Source: Lachnospiraceae bacterium
GTDB lineage: Bacteria; Bacillota; Clostridia; Lachnospirales; Lachnospiraceae
Reading direction: 5' to 3'
NCBI GenBank assembly: GCA_045121095.1
Contig: JBGVFN010000058.1
Span: forward strand, 646 to 64,645
Length of the DNA stretch: 64,000 bases
The position numbers and the translations under genes were made by a program. This document shows, one piece after another, positions 10,297 through 19,804 of the stretch. The notes beneath the pieces are model-generated. The model did not search any database. It was not told the DNA's origin and was given only the letters and a program-made list of their open reading frames with translations. The stretch's first letter is position 1; each line of letters begins with the position of its first letter.

Positions 10297-10565
10297 TCTG
10301 CACTTGCGTTCTTTAATGATTTAGATTATTATAATTATTATATTTTTATCAAATTGATTCTTTTTCGGAAATGTTTCTCTGCATTAGAAACATTTCCGGT
10401 AGAATATATAGCAGGAATATTACCTGTTCCTGTCGCAGCGCAACGTTTTCCGCTGCATCCATGTCGGTGTGAGGAGCCGGCAGAAAGCTATTATAACCAC
10501 AGGTTTTCGGAAGTGAGGAGCCGTAACCTGCGCAATGAACATCATTTTTTAGGAGGAATATTATT

Positions 10566-11198
10566 ATGTCAAAGATCGAAGAATTAGCAGCAGCTGTCAC
10601 AAAAGGTAAAGCAAAACTCGTTCCCAACCTGGTTAAAGATTGCTTAGCAGAAGGTGTTGACCCCGTTGAAATCCTGAACAAAGGTATGATCGGCGCTATG
10701 GATATCGTTGGTGAAAAATTCAAAAACAACGAAATTTTCGTTCCTGAAATGCTGGTTGCAGCTCGTGCTATGAAGAAAGGTGTTGAAGTTCTGAAACCCT
10801 CTCTGGCTGGTGGAGACAACATATCTCTTGGTAAATATGTAATCGGTACTGTAGCTGGTGACCTTCATGATATCGGTAAAAACCTGGTTGCTATGATGAT
10901 TGAATCTTCAGGTTTCGAAGTAATCGACCTGGGCGTTGACGTTCCCAAGGAAAAATTCGTAGAAGCAGTTAAGAACGATCCCGAAGTTAAAATCGTTGGT
11001 CTGTCCGCTCTGTTAACAACTACTATGCCCGCTATGAAAGACACTGTTGAAGCTCTGATCGAAGCTGGATGCAAGAGCCAGGTTAAGATCATGGTTGGTG
11101 GTGCTCCTATCACTCAGGAATTCGCTGATGAAATCGGCGCTGACTGCTACACCACAGATGCAGCTTCCGCAGCTCAGGCAGCAAAGACTTTAGTTTAA
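10566..11198 (+). CDS. Corrinoid (cobalamin-binding) protein
   Basis: 210 aa: helical cap plus Rossmann B12-binding domain with DxHxxG (GDLHDIGKN). AGGAGGA RBS. Confidence 0.85.
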   Translation: MSKIEELAAAVTKGKAKLVPNLVKDCLAEGVDPVEILNKGMIGAMDIVGEKFKNNEIFVPEMLVAARAMKKGVEVLKPSLAGGDNISLGKYVIGTVAGDLHDIGKNLVAMMIESSGFEVIDLGVDVPKEKFVEAVKNDPEVKIVGLSALLTTTMPAMKDTVEALIEAGCKSQVKIMVGGAPITQEFADEIGADCYTTDAASAAQAAKTLV

Positions 11199-11397
11199 TC
11201 TTTTATCATCAACAATATTCAGTCACGACTGAATTATCACAAATTTAACAACTACGTTATACAGATATTAAGATACACCCCTCGTAATCATTCATTATTT
11301 TGAAAGCTTTGACTTTCGTCCTGAACACCTTAATGACCGATTGCATGAATCTGTTAGCGTTCAATTTTTACTGAGTCCAAAAATATAATTATCCTTA

Positions 11398-11437
11398 GCA
11401 GGCCGACAGTGTTTCATGTGAAACACTGTCGGCCTGC
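11398..11437. terminator. 40-bp hairpin between convergent genes carrying a 15/16 parS core
   Basis: gcaggccgacagTGTTTCATGTGAAACActgtcggcctgc. Core at 11410..11425. Confidence 0.7.
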
Positions 11438-11528
11438 GTTATGAGTTCTGTTCTAATCATTTCGCTTTATCAGCTCTGATTTTTTCACCTTATGCGTTCT
11501 GATTTTACATCATCGGCCCTGTTTTTTA

Positions 11529-12029
11529 CTACCTTACCGCACCATTTCCACTGGCACCGCTTCCGTTCACACCACTTCCATTCGCATCGCTTCCGTTGCG
11601 TACATTGCTGTCATTGGCCGCATTGTCTTCCGTGGTTGTAGTTGTTCGATTTCGCTCTGTACCATTCGTACCACTATTAGTACCCTCATGCACCGTGCCA
11701 TTTTCTGTGCCGTTTTCCACACCATCATACACAGTCTGGCTTTCTGTACCATGATTTAAAGTTCCATTTTTCTCCGTTTCTGTACCATTTTTATGGTTCA
11801 GGTTTTCGTTATTATCCAGCGTACCATTATGATTTCTATCCTCTTCATATACCCCGTCATGCATGGTACCAGTTTCACCTGTCAGATCATCCCAGCCTCT
11901 TTCCGCAGCCGATTCCGTATCCTCCACAGCACGGCATGCAGACAAAGAAAACATCAGGCAAAGCAGCATCAGCATAACACCCATGGTCTTTGCTGTACTT
12001 CTGCTTTTTTCATTGCGTTTACCTTTCAT
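11529..12029 (-). CDS. N/G/T-rich low-complexity lipoprotein
   Basis: ORF 11529..12035 (TTG) trimmed to ATG 12029. Lipobox LSAC. The mature part is dominated by NGT/NGS triplets. Confidence 0.5.
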   Translation of the reverse strand: MKGKRNEKSRSTAKTMGVMLMLLCLMFSLSACRAVEDTESAAERGWDDLTGETGTMHDGVYEEDRNHNGTLDNNENLNHKNGTETEKNGTLNHGTESQTVYDGVENGTENGTVHEGTNSGTNGTERNRTTTTTEDNAANDSNVRNGSDANGSGVNGSGASGNGAVR

Positions 12030-12165
12030 CGTCAATACTTCCCTTCTTTTTCAGTGTAAAACAAGACAACAATTCACCAGGAGCGGATGCTCTGCCGAAT
12101 TGTTACAAAAAATAAAGCGGAAATCCCGATACAGGATTTCCACTTTAGCATGTCCGAATTATTCT

Positions 12166-12290
12166 GTTTTATCCAGGCTTTCGTTTATCCAAGTTTTTCT
12201 TGTTCAAAGTTTTTCTTATCCAAACTTCTTCTTATCCAAGTCTTTCTTGTTCAAAGTTTTTCTTATTCAAACTTCTTCTTATCCAAGTTT
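12166..12290. repeat. 15-bp tandem array (about 8 units, 45-bp higher order) of DnaA-box-like TTATCCA motifs
   Basis: Units include TTATCCAGG, TTATCCAAG, TTGTTCAAA, TTATCCAAA, TTATCCAAG, TTGTTCAAA, TTATTCAAA, TTATCCAAG. The last unit supplies the stop of CDS 12279..12908. Confidence 0.85.
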
Positions 12291-12908
12291 TATTTTTACC
12301 ATTTCTTTGATCACTTCTGCACATTTTTCCATGCCCAGTCTTCCACTGTTCAAAATCAGATCATATGCTTTGGGATCTTTCCATTCCTGTCCGCGGGAAT
12401 AGTATTTGTAATAATCAGAGCGATATTTGTCCGTTTTTAAAATCAGACGCTCTGCTTCTGCATCACCTACGCAAAGGCGTTCCTTTACATTTTCAATGCA
12501 ATAATCCATATCTGCTTCCACAAATACACTGACCACATTAGGATAATCTTTTAATGCAAGATTTCCGCATTTACCGATGATGATGCAGGATTCTGTTTCT
12601 GCCAGATGGCGGATGATTTCTGCCTGAATATTGAACAGGTTATCATCCGAAACAAATCTCTTATCCGTAGGCTTTGCAATACGATTAATATTGGGGAATC
12701 CTGCCAGCATTTTCTGAATATAAGAACCTCTCAGCTTTTCATCTACCTGTGCAAATAACTGTTCATTAATACCGCTGTAATCAGATGCCATACGCAGCAG
12801 CTGATCTTCGTAACAGGGAATTCCCAGTTCTTCGCTCAGATTAATACCGATGGTTTTACCGCCGCTTCCGAAGCCGCGTGAAATAGTAATTACATAGGGT
12901 TTATCCAT
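12279..12908 (-). CDS. Cytidylate kinase-like family P-loop protein (paralog 1)
   Basis: 209 aa. [16 protein letters not shown]-loop. About 60% identical by eye to the CDS at 32460..33098. Confidence 0.65.
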   Translation of the reverse strand: MDKPYVITISRGFGSGGKTIGINLSEELGIPCYEDQLLRMASDYSGINEQLFAQVDEKLRGSYIQKMLAGFPNINRIAKPTDKRFVSDDNLFNIQAEIIRHLAETESCIIIGKCGNLALKDYPNVVSVFVEADMDYCIENVKERLCVGDAEAERLILKTDKYRSDYYKYYSRGQEWKDPKAYDLILNSGRLGMEKCAEVIKEMVKIKLG

Positions 12909-12963
12909 AATCTACCTCCCGAAATTAAACTCTTTCTTCTGGAAATAGTATATCACATATCTA

Positions 12964-13755
12964 TCACAGGGGTAACTTCAGTTCAAAATATTTTTCCATA
13001 ATTTCGTAAAGTTCATGTTTATCATGAATTTCTGTTTTGGTGACTGTGCCATTTTCAATAATTGTGAGTGTATTTCCCATAACGCCAATACTTCCATCAG
13101 CGGTTCTTCGATTGAGGAATGGAATCTGAGTAAAAATAGAGTCCGGGCAGCAGCCGCAATATTCGTTGTTGGGGATGAAAGTTACGTTGTGCTGAGGCAT
13201 GGGGTAAAACTGCAGTACATTTTCTATTTCACCGCTGGAAGTGGTCCGGCTGACCGTCCACCAGTATTCATCTGTTTTTTTTACGTGATAGGTTTCTCCA
13301 TGCATGGTCCGTGAAAATCCATCTTCTATCAGCAAAAGTCCTGCAGGCATGGGGCCGCCGAATCCCACATCATAGAAGTATTTTTTACCATCCAGCTCCA
13401 CCACATTTACCCGGTGCAGAACCGGAGGTACTTCCGTCTTATTACGCACGATCCGACCCATACATCCATACGCATGATATCCCAGATCTTTCAAGAGCTG
13501 TGTGAACAAAGCGTTCAATTCAAAGCAATAACCCCCTCTGTGGTTGGTAACAATCTTTTCAAACACAGCAGGAATTTCCAGAGAAACCGGTTTATGAAAT
13601 TCATATGAATCCATATTTTCAAATACGACTTTCTGCTGGTGGATGTAGATCAAATTGTCCAAATATTCGAAATCCGCCTGATCAGGTGCATCCACCTGCA
13701 GACGGTTCAAATAAGCACCAATATCGGGGATTGGTGAATATAACTTGTCATGCAT
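12964..13755 (-). CDS. Arylamine N-acetyltransferase
   Basis: 263 aa. RGGYCFELN active-site Cys block typical of the NAT family. Confidence 0.75.
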   Translation of the reverse strand: MHDKLYSPIPDIGAYLNRLQVDAPDQADFEYLDNLIYIHQQKVVFENMDSYEFHKPVSLEIPAVFEKIVTNHRGGYCFELNALFTQLLKDLGYHAYGCMGRIVRNKTEVPPVLHRVNVVELDGKKYFYDVGFGGPMPAGLLLIEDGFSRTMHGETYHVKKTDEYWWTVSRTTSSGEIENVLQFYPMPQHNVTFIPNNEYCGCCPDSIFTQIPFLNRRTADGSIGVMGNTLTIIENGTVTKTEIHDKHELYEIMEKYFELKLPL

Positions 13756-14107
13756 AAAAAGACCTCCTTATTTTTTGGGTATTTTGTTCAATTTACACTC
13801 TATTATCAGATTTTTTTTAGTATATCGGATACTTTTTCTTTTCGCAACAAAAATTTTATCTACGCACGTTTTTTGACATTTTGACACTTCCGGGTGTACA
13901 AAATGTCGAATTCGAAACCAGAAGATATGAACTTTGTGCGGATTTACCCTCAATCCATTTTACTTTATACTAAACGCAAGATTAATCGTGACACGTGAAG
14001 ATTGTACAATCAACAAAGTGAAAAGCAACTATTTCGTCTTTGCTGAACCGGCCTGCATAGATTCAGTGAATACGAACAGTTTTCAAAAAAGAAGGAGAGT
14101 TTTTCAT

Positions 14108-15499
14108 ATGAGCGACGAAAAGAAAACCAAAAAAGGCTTAAGCAAAGCCCTCAAGATGTTTTATGGTGTTGGTGACTGTAGTTTTACACTGATGACAAAT
14201 GTTGAAAGTTATTTCTTTAACTTCTTCCTGACCAACCTGGCACAGTTTGGTCTTGGTACCGTATCTTTCATCACTACCACCGCAAGTGTAATTGATGCTT
14301 GCCTGTCCTGGATCTACGGTGCGATCCTGAATAGTATCAAACCAAAAAAATGGGGCCGCTATCGTTCCTGGCTGATCTTATTACCCTGGCTGGTGCCTTT
14401 CTTATATGCCTTCCAGTTTATCAAACTGAATGATGGCCCTCTTGGCGTAGCTGTTATTATCATCGCTGCTGTTGCCAGCCATATTGTATGGAATTTCCCT
14501 TACGTTGCTAACGTATCCATGATTGCTGTAGCCGGCAAAACACCGGAAGATCGATCACAGCTGGCTTCCACAAGAGCTGCATGGGCAAACTTCTCCAAAG
14601 TTATCTTCTCTTACGTAGCAACTCCTCTGGCAGCAATTTTTGCCGGAATTATCGGTGAAACCAACCAGTACGGCGCAGTTGCATTCGTACTAGGCTGTGT
14701 TATGGCAGTTATGTACTATGTACACTTCAGAATGTTCGACGGCTACGAAGAAATAGAAGTTGCAACTGAAACCACCGAGAAAAAAGATAAAACAAAAACA
14801 AGTCCTGTTGACCTTCTGAGATCTTTAGTTCAGAACCCTCCTCTGATCGCGTTAATGATCGCCGATCTTGCAAAATTCATGTTCAACTTTGTTTGCGCAG
14901 GTGTCGCTGTATACTATTTCACCTACGTAGCAAAAGACGCCGGCATGTTGGCTAATTACCTTGTAATCACCAATATCCTGTGTGTAGTTGGTTCTTATCT
15001 GTCCAAGAATCTGGCTAAGAAACTGTCAACTCGTGTTACCGCAATCGTTACGTTCCTGGCTATGGCCGTTGTACTGATTGCTGCAAACTTTACATATAGC
15101 AATGTTACTCTGGTAGTAATTTTAATGTCCGCTGCTCAGTTTGGTTATGGTATTGCTTATGCATGTACTCCCGCTCTGTACGCAGACACCATCGTTTACG
15201 CAGAATGGAAAACCGGCAAAAACGCTACTGGCTGGATCAGCGGTCTGCAGAACGTTCCTCTGAAGGTTGGTGTTATGACAAGAGGTATCATCATCTCCGC
15301 ATGTCTGGCAATGGCAAACTTCAGCGCTGACATCGATCCCGCTGCTGCATCTGTTGAACTGCAGAAAGGTATCTGTATGGCATTTATGGTGATCCCTGCA
15401 TGCGCTCTGATCGTTGCTGCATTATCACTGTTAATCGGTTTCCGCCTTACCAAAGAAAAAGTAGAACAATATCAGGCAGAAATCGCTGCACGCGGCTAA
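14108..15499 (+). CDS. MFS transporter, glycoside-pentoside-hexuronide (GPH) cation symporter family
   Basis: ORF 13934..15499 trimmed to MSDEKKTKKGLS (AAGGAGAG RBS). 12-TM pattern. N-terminal FYGVGD motif typical of GPH. Confidence 0.7.
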   Translation: MSDEKKTKKGLSKALKMFYGVGDCSFTLMTNVESYFFNFFLTNLAQFGLGTVSFITTTASVIDACLSWIYGAILNSIKPKKWGRYRSWLILLPWLVPFLYAFQFIKLNDGPLGVAVIIIAAVASHIVWNFPYVANVSMIAVAGKTPEDRSQLASTRAAWANFSKVIFSYVATPLAAIFAGIIGETNQYGAVAFVLGCVMAVMYYVHFRMFDGYEEIEVATETTEKKDKTKTSPVDLLRSLVQNPPLIALMIADLAKFMFNFVCAGVAVYYFTYVAKDAGMLANYLVITNILCVVGSYLSKNLAKKLSTRVTAIVTFLAMAVVLIAANFTYSNVTLVVILMSAAQFGYGIAYACTPALYADTIVYAEWKTGKNATGWISGLQNVPLKVGVMTRGIIISACLAMANFSADIDPAAASVELQKGICMAFMVIPACALIVAALSLLIGFRLTKEKVEQYQAEIAARG

Positions 15500-15509
15500 T
15501 TATTATCAG

Positions 15510-16379
15510 GAGGGACAATAAAGAAATCCCAGATCATTGGTGCATTTTTGTCCATACTGATTCTAACCGGCTGCTGGCACTCCTGATCAGATTATTTGGC
15601 GCAAAAACACAGAATATACTTTTCGCTTTTATGTTATGTGCTGCCCTGCTGTCCTCCATCATGTCCAATGTGGCAACAACCGCAGTACTGGTGTCTGTCG
15701 TATTAAATTTCCTGAATGTATACCACGATCAAACAGAACGCCGCCACAGTGGAAAAGCTTTTATGATCGGCCTTCCCATTGCAAGTATGATCGGTGGAAT
15801 GATGACACCGGCAGGAAGCCCTTTAAATATGCTGGGAATCGATTTTCTGGAATCAGCTGATATCCGATTTTCCTTTATTCAGTGGATGGGAATCGGCATT
15901 CCAGTAGCACTTATATCACTTTTAGCTGCATGGAAAATCACCATGGCAGTATTCAAACCCGCAGAAATCGATCCAAACTGCATAAAAAACTATATTCAGA
16001 CTCTGGATATCCCTGACAAATTAACCTTTAAAGAAAAATACGTGGGAATTGTGATCTCAGCCCTGTTTATCCTTTGGGTATTATCATCCTGGTTCCCCGT
16101 ACTCAACATCACCGTAGTCGGTATGATCGGATTCGCTTTCCTGTTCATACCCGGAGTCGAAATTTTTACCTGGAAAGATTATTGCCGCTGCGTAAGCTGG
16201 ACATCTGCGCATCCTGCTGCTTCCTGCTGCCGCTGGATACAGTACCGCTGCTGACCTACTCAACCGGTTATTATAAAATGATGGATATGCCCAAAGTATC
16301 CGCATTCATACAGGTTGTCATTCTGACCTGCATGGCCATCTGGGTACCGATCGCACTGAGGCTATTTGGATTTATGTGA
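15510..16379 (+). pseudogene. Decayed DASS/SLC13-type anion permease
   Basis: Homologous pieces lie in three frames: KKSQIIGAFLSILILTGC; LFGAKTQNILFAF...GGMMTPAGSPLNMLG; LLPLDTVPLLTYSTGYY...RLFGFM. N-terminally truncated, with an internal loss. Confidence 0.6.
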
Positions 16380-16439
16380 TGTTATACTGCACAGACAACT
16401 TTAAAACTAGACTTAACGCTTAAAACAGGAGGACTACAT

Positions 16440-17430
16440 ATGTTAACTAAAAAACAGAATTTAATTGAAACCATGAAAGGCGGAAATCCCGACCGTTTTG
16501 TAAACCAGTATGAAGCATTTGCCATGATCGTTGGAAGTCCCTTCGGTGAACACAACCCCGCACCCAAACGCGGTGAATTAAATGTAATCAACGCATGGGG
16601 AATTAAAAAATCATGGCCTGAAAATGTACCCGGTGCATTCCCTGTACATAACGCAGAAAGCATCGTATGCAAAGATATCACCAACTGGAGAGAATATGTA
16701 AAAGCTCCCAACGTAGTATATCCTGCAGAAGCATGGAAACCCTACATCGAAAAAGCCGCTGCTGTAGACAGAAACGAACAGTACGTAACCGCATTTATCG
16801 CTCCCGGTATCTTCGAACAGTGCCATTACCTGCTGGAAATCCAGGAATGTCTCATTAATTTCTACGAAGAACCCGAAGCAAATGCACGAACTCATCGATT
16901 ATATCACCGACTGGGAACTGGCATACGCAGAAGAACTCTGCAAATATCTGAAACCCGATGCTATTTTCCATCACGATGACTGGGGCAGCCAGATTTCAAC
17001 CTTCCTTTCTCCCGAAATGTTTGAAGAATTCTTCCTGCCTGCATACAAAAAAGTTTATGGATATTACAAAGAACACGGCGTAGAGCTGATCATCCATCAC
17101 TCCGACTCCTACGCAGCAACTCTGGTTCCCTACATGATCGAAATGGGAATTGATATCTGGCAGGGCGTTATGAACTCCAACAACATCCCTGAACTGATCA
17201 AAAAATACGGCGGACAGATCACATTCATGGGCGGCGTTGACAGCGCAGCCGTAGATTACGAAGGATGGACCAAAGAAGTGGTTCACAAAGAAGTAGAACG
17301 CGCATGCCGCGAATGCGGAAAACATTACTTCATCCCCAATGCATCCCAGGGACTTCCCATGAGTACATTCCCCGGTGTATATGAAGCATTATCCGAAGAA
17401 ATCGACAACATGAGCAAAGTTATGTTCTAG
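16440..17430 (+). pseudogene. URO-D family (MtaA/CmuA-like) corrinoid methyltransferase MT-I, single-base frameshift
   Basis: ORFs 16440..16979 and 16882..17430 join collinearly with the paralog at 17446..18501. EEPEA|MHELIDYITDW aligns with EEPEELTAFYDKLVDW. There is an extra A in the run at 16879..16881. Confidence 0.7.
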
Positions 17431-17445
17431 AAAGGATAACTAACA

Positions 17446-18501
17446 ATGAGCACTTTCAATAACGATGAACTGAAAATTATTGGCGAATACAGCATGCCCG
17501 GCATTTACGGTGCTCCGGATTTAATCGTACCCAAATATAATTATCCCATCACTCCCAAGGAAAACATGATCCGTATGCTGGAAGGCAAAATGCCTCTGTG
17601 GGTACCCAATCAGGATCTGGACAATAACGCCATTCAGCCTCTGGTAATGCCCGATGCAAAAGCAAGAAACTTCGGCGGAACCGACTGGTTCGGCATTGAA
17701 TGGGTATACGAACCCAATACAAAAGCAGCCATGGTAAAACCCGGATTCAAACGCCTTTCTGACATCACCAACTGGAGAGAAGAAATCGTATGGCCCGACC
17801 TCTCCGCCATTGACTGGCAAAAAGACTACGAAGAAAACTACAAAGACAGAATTGCAGAAGACCGTTTCAGCTATTTTGTCATCGTAAACGGGCTGTTTGA
17901 AAGAACTGCCGATCTGACCTCCTTCGAAGACGCATTCTGCGCACTTCTGGAAGAACCCGAAGAACTCACCGCTTTCTATGACAAGCTGGTAGACTGGCAT
18001 ATCGAATTAATCAAAATTGCCAAAGAAGTTTATCACACGGACATGATTCTGTTCCACGATGACATGGGAACCCAGATCAGCACATTCTTCTCACCTGATC
18101 TGTACGAAGAACTGTTCCTGCCTCAGTACAAAAAAATCACTCAGGCAGCACACGACATGGGCATGTATATCACACTTCACTCCTGTGGATGCATTTCCAC
18201 TCTCATGCCTCTGATCATCGAAGCCGGTTTCGACGCATGGGAAGGCCAGGACAGCGCCAACGATAAAAAAGCCATCATGGATGAATACGGCAAAGACCTG
18301 GCACAGTGCACTCTGTACATGATCCCCGAAACCATGAGTGACGAAGAAGCCATCGCACACATCCATAAAACAGTAGATGAACTGGCCAAAACCGGACGTT
18401 TTGCATGCCGTCTGAGAGACCCCAAAGGCAATCGTTCCGTTAATCTGGCAGAAGAATTATACCGTTACAGCCGTATGAAATATATGGAAATGGCGGAATA
18501 A
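17446..18501 (+). CDS. URO-D family (MtaA/CmuA-like) substrate:corrinoid methyltransferase MT-I
   Basis: 351 aa. FHDDMGTQ...FFSP...LHSCG blocks typical of uroporphyrinogen-decarboxylase-fold methyltransferases. Confidence 0.7.
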   Translation: MSTFNNDELKIIGEYSMPGIYGAPDLIVPKYNYPITPKENMIRMLEGKMPLWVPNQDLDNNAIQPLVMPDAKARNFGGTDWFGIEWVYEPNTKAAMVKPGFKRLSDITNWREEIVWPDLSAIDWQKDYEENYKDRIAEDRFSYFVIVNGLFERTADLTSFEDAFCALLEEPEELTAFYDKLVDWHIELIKIAKEVYHTDMILFHDDMGTQISTFFSPDLYEELFLPQYKKITQAAHDMGMYITLHSCGCISTLMPLIIEAGFDAWEGQDSANDKKAIMDEYGKDLAQCTLYMIPETMSDEEAIAHIHKTVDELAKTGRFACRLRDPKGNRSVNLAEELYRYSRMKYMEMAE

Positions 18502-18570
18502 TCGCAGAATTCCTTCCTATTTATAATGTACTCCATCCAGTTAGAAATCGAAGTTTGGCCAGATGGAGTA

Positions 18571-18735
18571 CTAGAGCGTGTTTGAAAAAGGCTTTATACA
18601 GGATGTGCATCCCATTTTGAGATAAATTTCTCTCAAATGAAGGGGCGTAGCAGGCTGCGCTGACTGAATCTGAGAAAAATTTAGCCAAAACTGGGGTGTG
18701 CAGACTGCGTGAATGTTTTTTCAAACACGCTCTAG
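18571..18735. mobile_element. 165-bp MITE-like element, copy 1
   Basis: Terminal inverted repeats ctagagcgtgtttgaaaaa ... tttttcaaacacgctctag. About 92% identical to 31816..31980. No coding capacity (ORF 18521..18724 judged spurious). Confidence 0.8.
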
Positions 18736-18799
18736 AATTATATTTTCAGATTTTCTTTTCACAGCAGATATTTGCTATGTGATCGTTTTTCCTATTCCG

Positions 18800-19708
18800 C
18801 TAAATATATTTCAAATACATTTCATTTAAAATTCGTACATGCAGTTCTTCGTCTTTTATTATGCGCCGCAAATTCTCCCGCACATATTCATCTTTAATCC
18901 ACTGACACTGTTTCTGATAATTCCGGATAGCCTGCTGTTCTCCCTCTATCGCGCGTTTTAATAATCTCAAAAAATCCGTGGAATAAAAATTATATCCTGC
19001 ATTCCAGTACCGCATACGCCCACTTCCTCCCGAAAATCTTCTCGAAAATCCCCTCTGTCCCTGTTCCAAACTCCAAAACCGGGGATCTGCCCCCAAAAGA
19101 CAGGCAAGCTGTCCAAAAATAGACAAATGATGCATCTCAACAATACTGATTTCATGAAAAATCAATGCCGCCTCTTCCATCTCCAAAAATCCCTTTGTAA
19201 CAAATCCATTATATACATACTGCGTAATAGTCGAAAGTTCCGAATGCCTGCCTCCCATGTTCCCTAACATCGCATATGCATAACGCCTGTTCTTCCTTTC
19301 CACCTGTACCGGAGGATAAGGCGCCTCGTCCGCAACTCGAATACCGGAAAAAGGCATTCGTCCAACCACATTTTTCACATCCATATCCTGTACTGCTGTA
19401 TTCTGTGCAGGCATATCCGGTTCCATTATTTCCTGTTTAACCGTCTCCCGTTCGACTGTATCCTGTACAAGCATATCCGGTTCCATCACTTTGTGTTTAA
19501 CTGTATTCTGTTCGGCTGTACCCTGCATAAACACATCCGGTTCCATCGCTTTGTATTTAACTGTATTCTGTTCGGCTGTATTTTGTATAGTTGCATTCCG
19601 TTCTATTGCATTTTGCTGAATCATGCTCTGTGCTTTTTCGCTTTGCACACCTGTATTTCGTGTCATCCGATTTCTTGAAACATTATTTCTCATAGTCGCG
19701 TTTCCCAT
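18800..19708 (-). CDS. Ferritin-like (rubrerythrin/Mn-catalase superfamily) protein with repetitive N-terminal extension
   Basis: The C-terminal ~170 aa carry paired E..H-type helices (EISIVEMHH, KDEELHVR) and the block PYPPVQVERKNRRYAYAMLG...SELSTITQYVY. The N-terminus is four 20-aa repeats. Confidence 0.5.
   Translation of the reverse strand: MGNATMRNNVSRNRMTRNTGVQSEKAQSMIQQNAIERNATIQNTAEQNTVKYKAMEPDVFMQGTAEQNTVKHKVMEPDMLVQDTVERETVKQEIMEPDMPAQNTAVQDMDVKNVVGRMPFSGIRVADEAPYPPVQVERKNRRYAYAMLGNMGGRHSELSTITQYVYNGFVTKGFLEMEEAALIFHEISIVEMHHLSIFGQLACLLGADPRFWSLEQGQRGFSRRFSGGSGRMRYWNAGYNFYSTDFLRLLKRAIEGEQQAIRNYQKQCQWIKDEYVRENLRRIIKDEELHVRILNEMYLKYI
19381..19620. repeat. 60-bp x4 in-frame tandem repeat in the ferritin-like gene
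   Basis: Period exactly 60 bp. Encodes AEQNTVK(Y/H)K(A/V)MEPD-type 20-aa units. Confidence 0.85.
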
Positions 19709-19804
19709 AAAACACTCCTTTTATGCAAAATAAATATCTATTTATTCTATGCAAAAAACAGCAAACTTTTCCTTGGATATGCTCTTTTAATATTGTAATA
19801 CGAT

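Noticed and set aside
10297-10565. Cobalamin riboswitch in the 270-bp spacer upstream of the corrinoid protein gene.
   Set aside because: I could not find a B12-box (GCCACTG-like) or the conserved GGTG..AA..CC core. Only a duplicated GAGGAGCCG motif is present, which is insufficient.
15400-15499. 5' part of ORF 15400..16254 overlapping the end of the GPH transporter gene.
   Set aside because: The overlap region has no permease similarity. Recognisable DASS sequence begins only after 15510 and in another frame, so the whole is treated as a pseudogene.
5797-18501. Pyrrolysine or selenocysteine recoding in the methyltransferase or Mo-enzyme genes.
   Set aside because: The MT-I genes are URO-D type, not MttB/MtbB/MtmB. 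No in-frame TAG or TGA interrupts them or the DmsA-like gene. The only interruption is a plain +1 frameshift.
18521-18724. 67-aa ORF spanning the MITE-like element.
   Set aside because: The frame is not conserved in the second copy (indels and substitutions break it) and there is no RBS. The element is better explained as non-coding.
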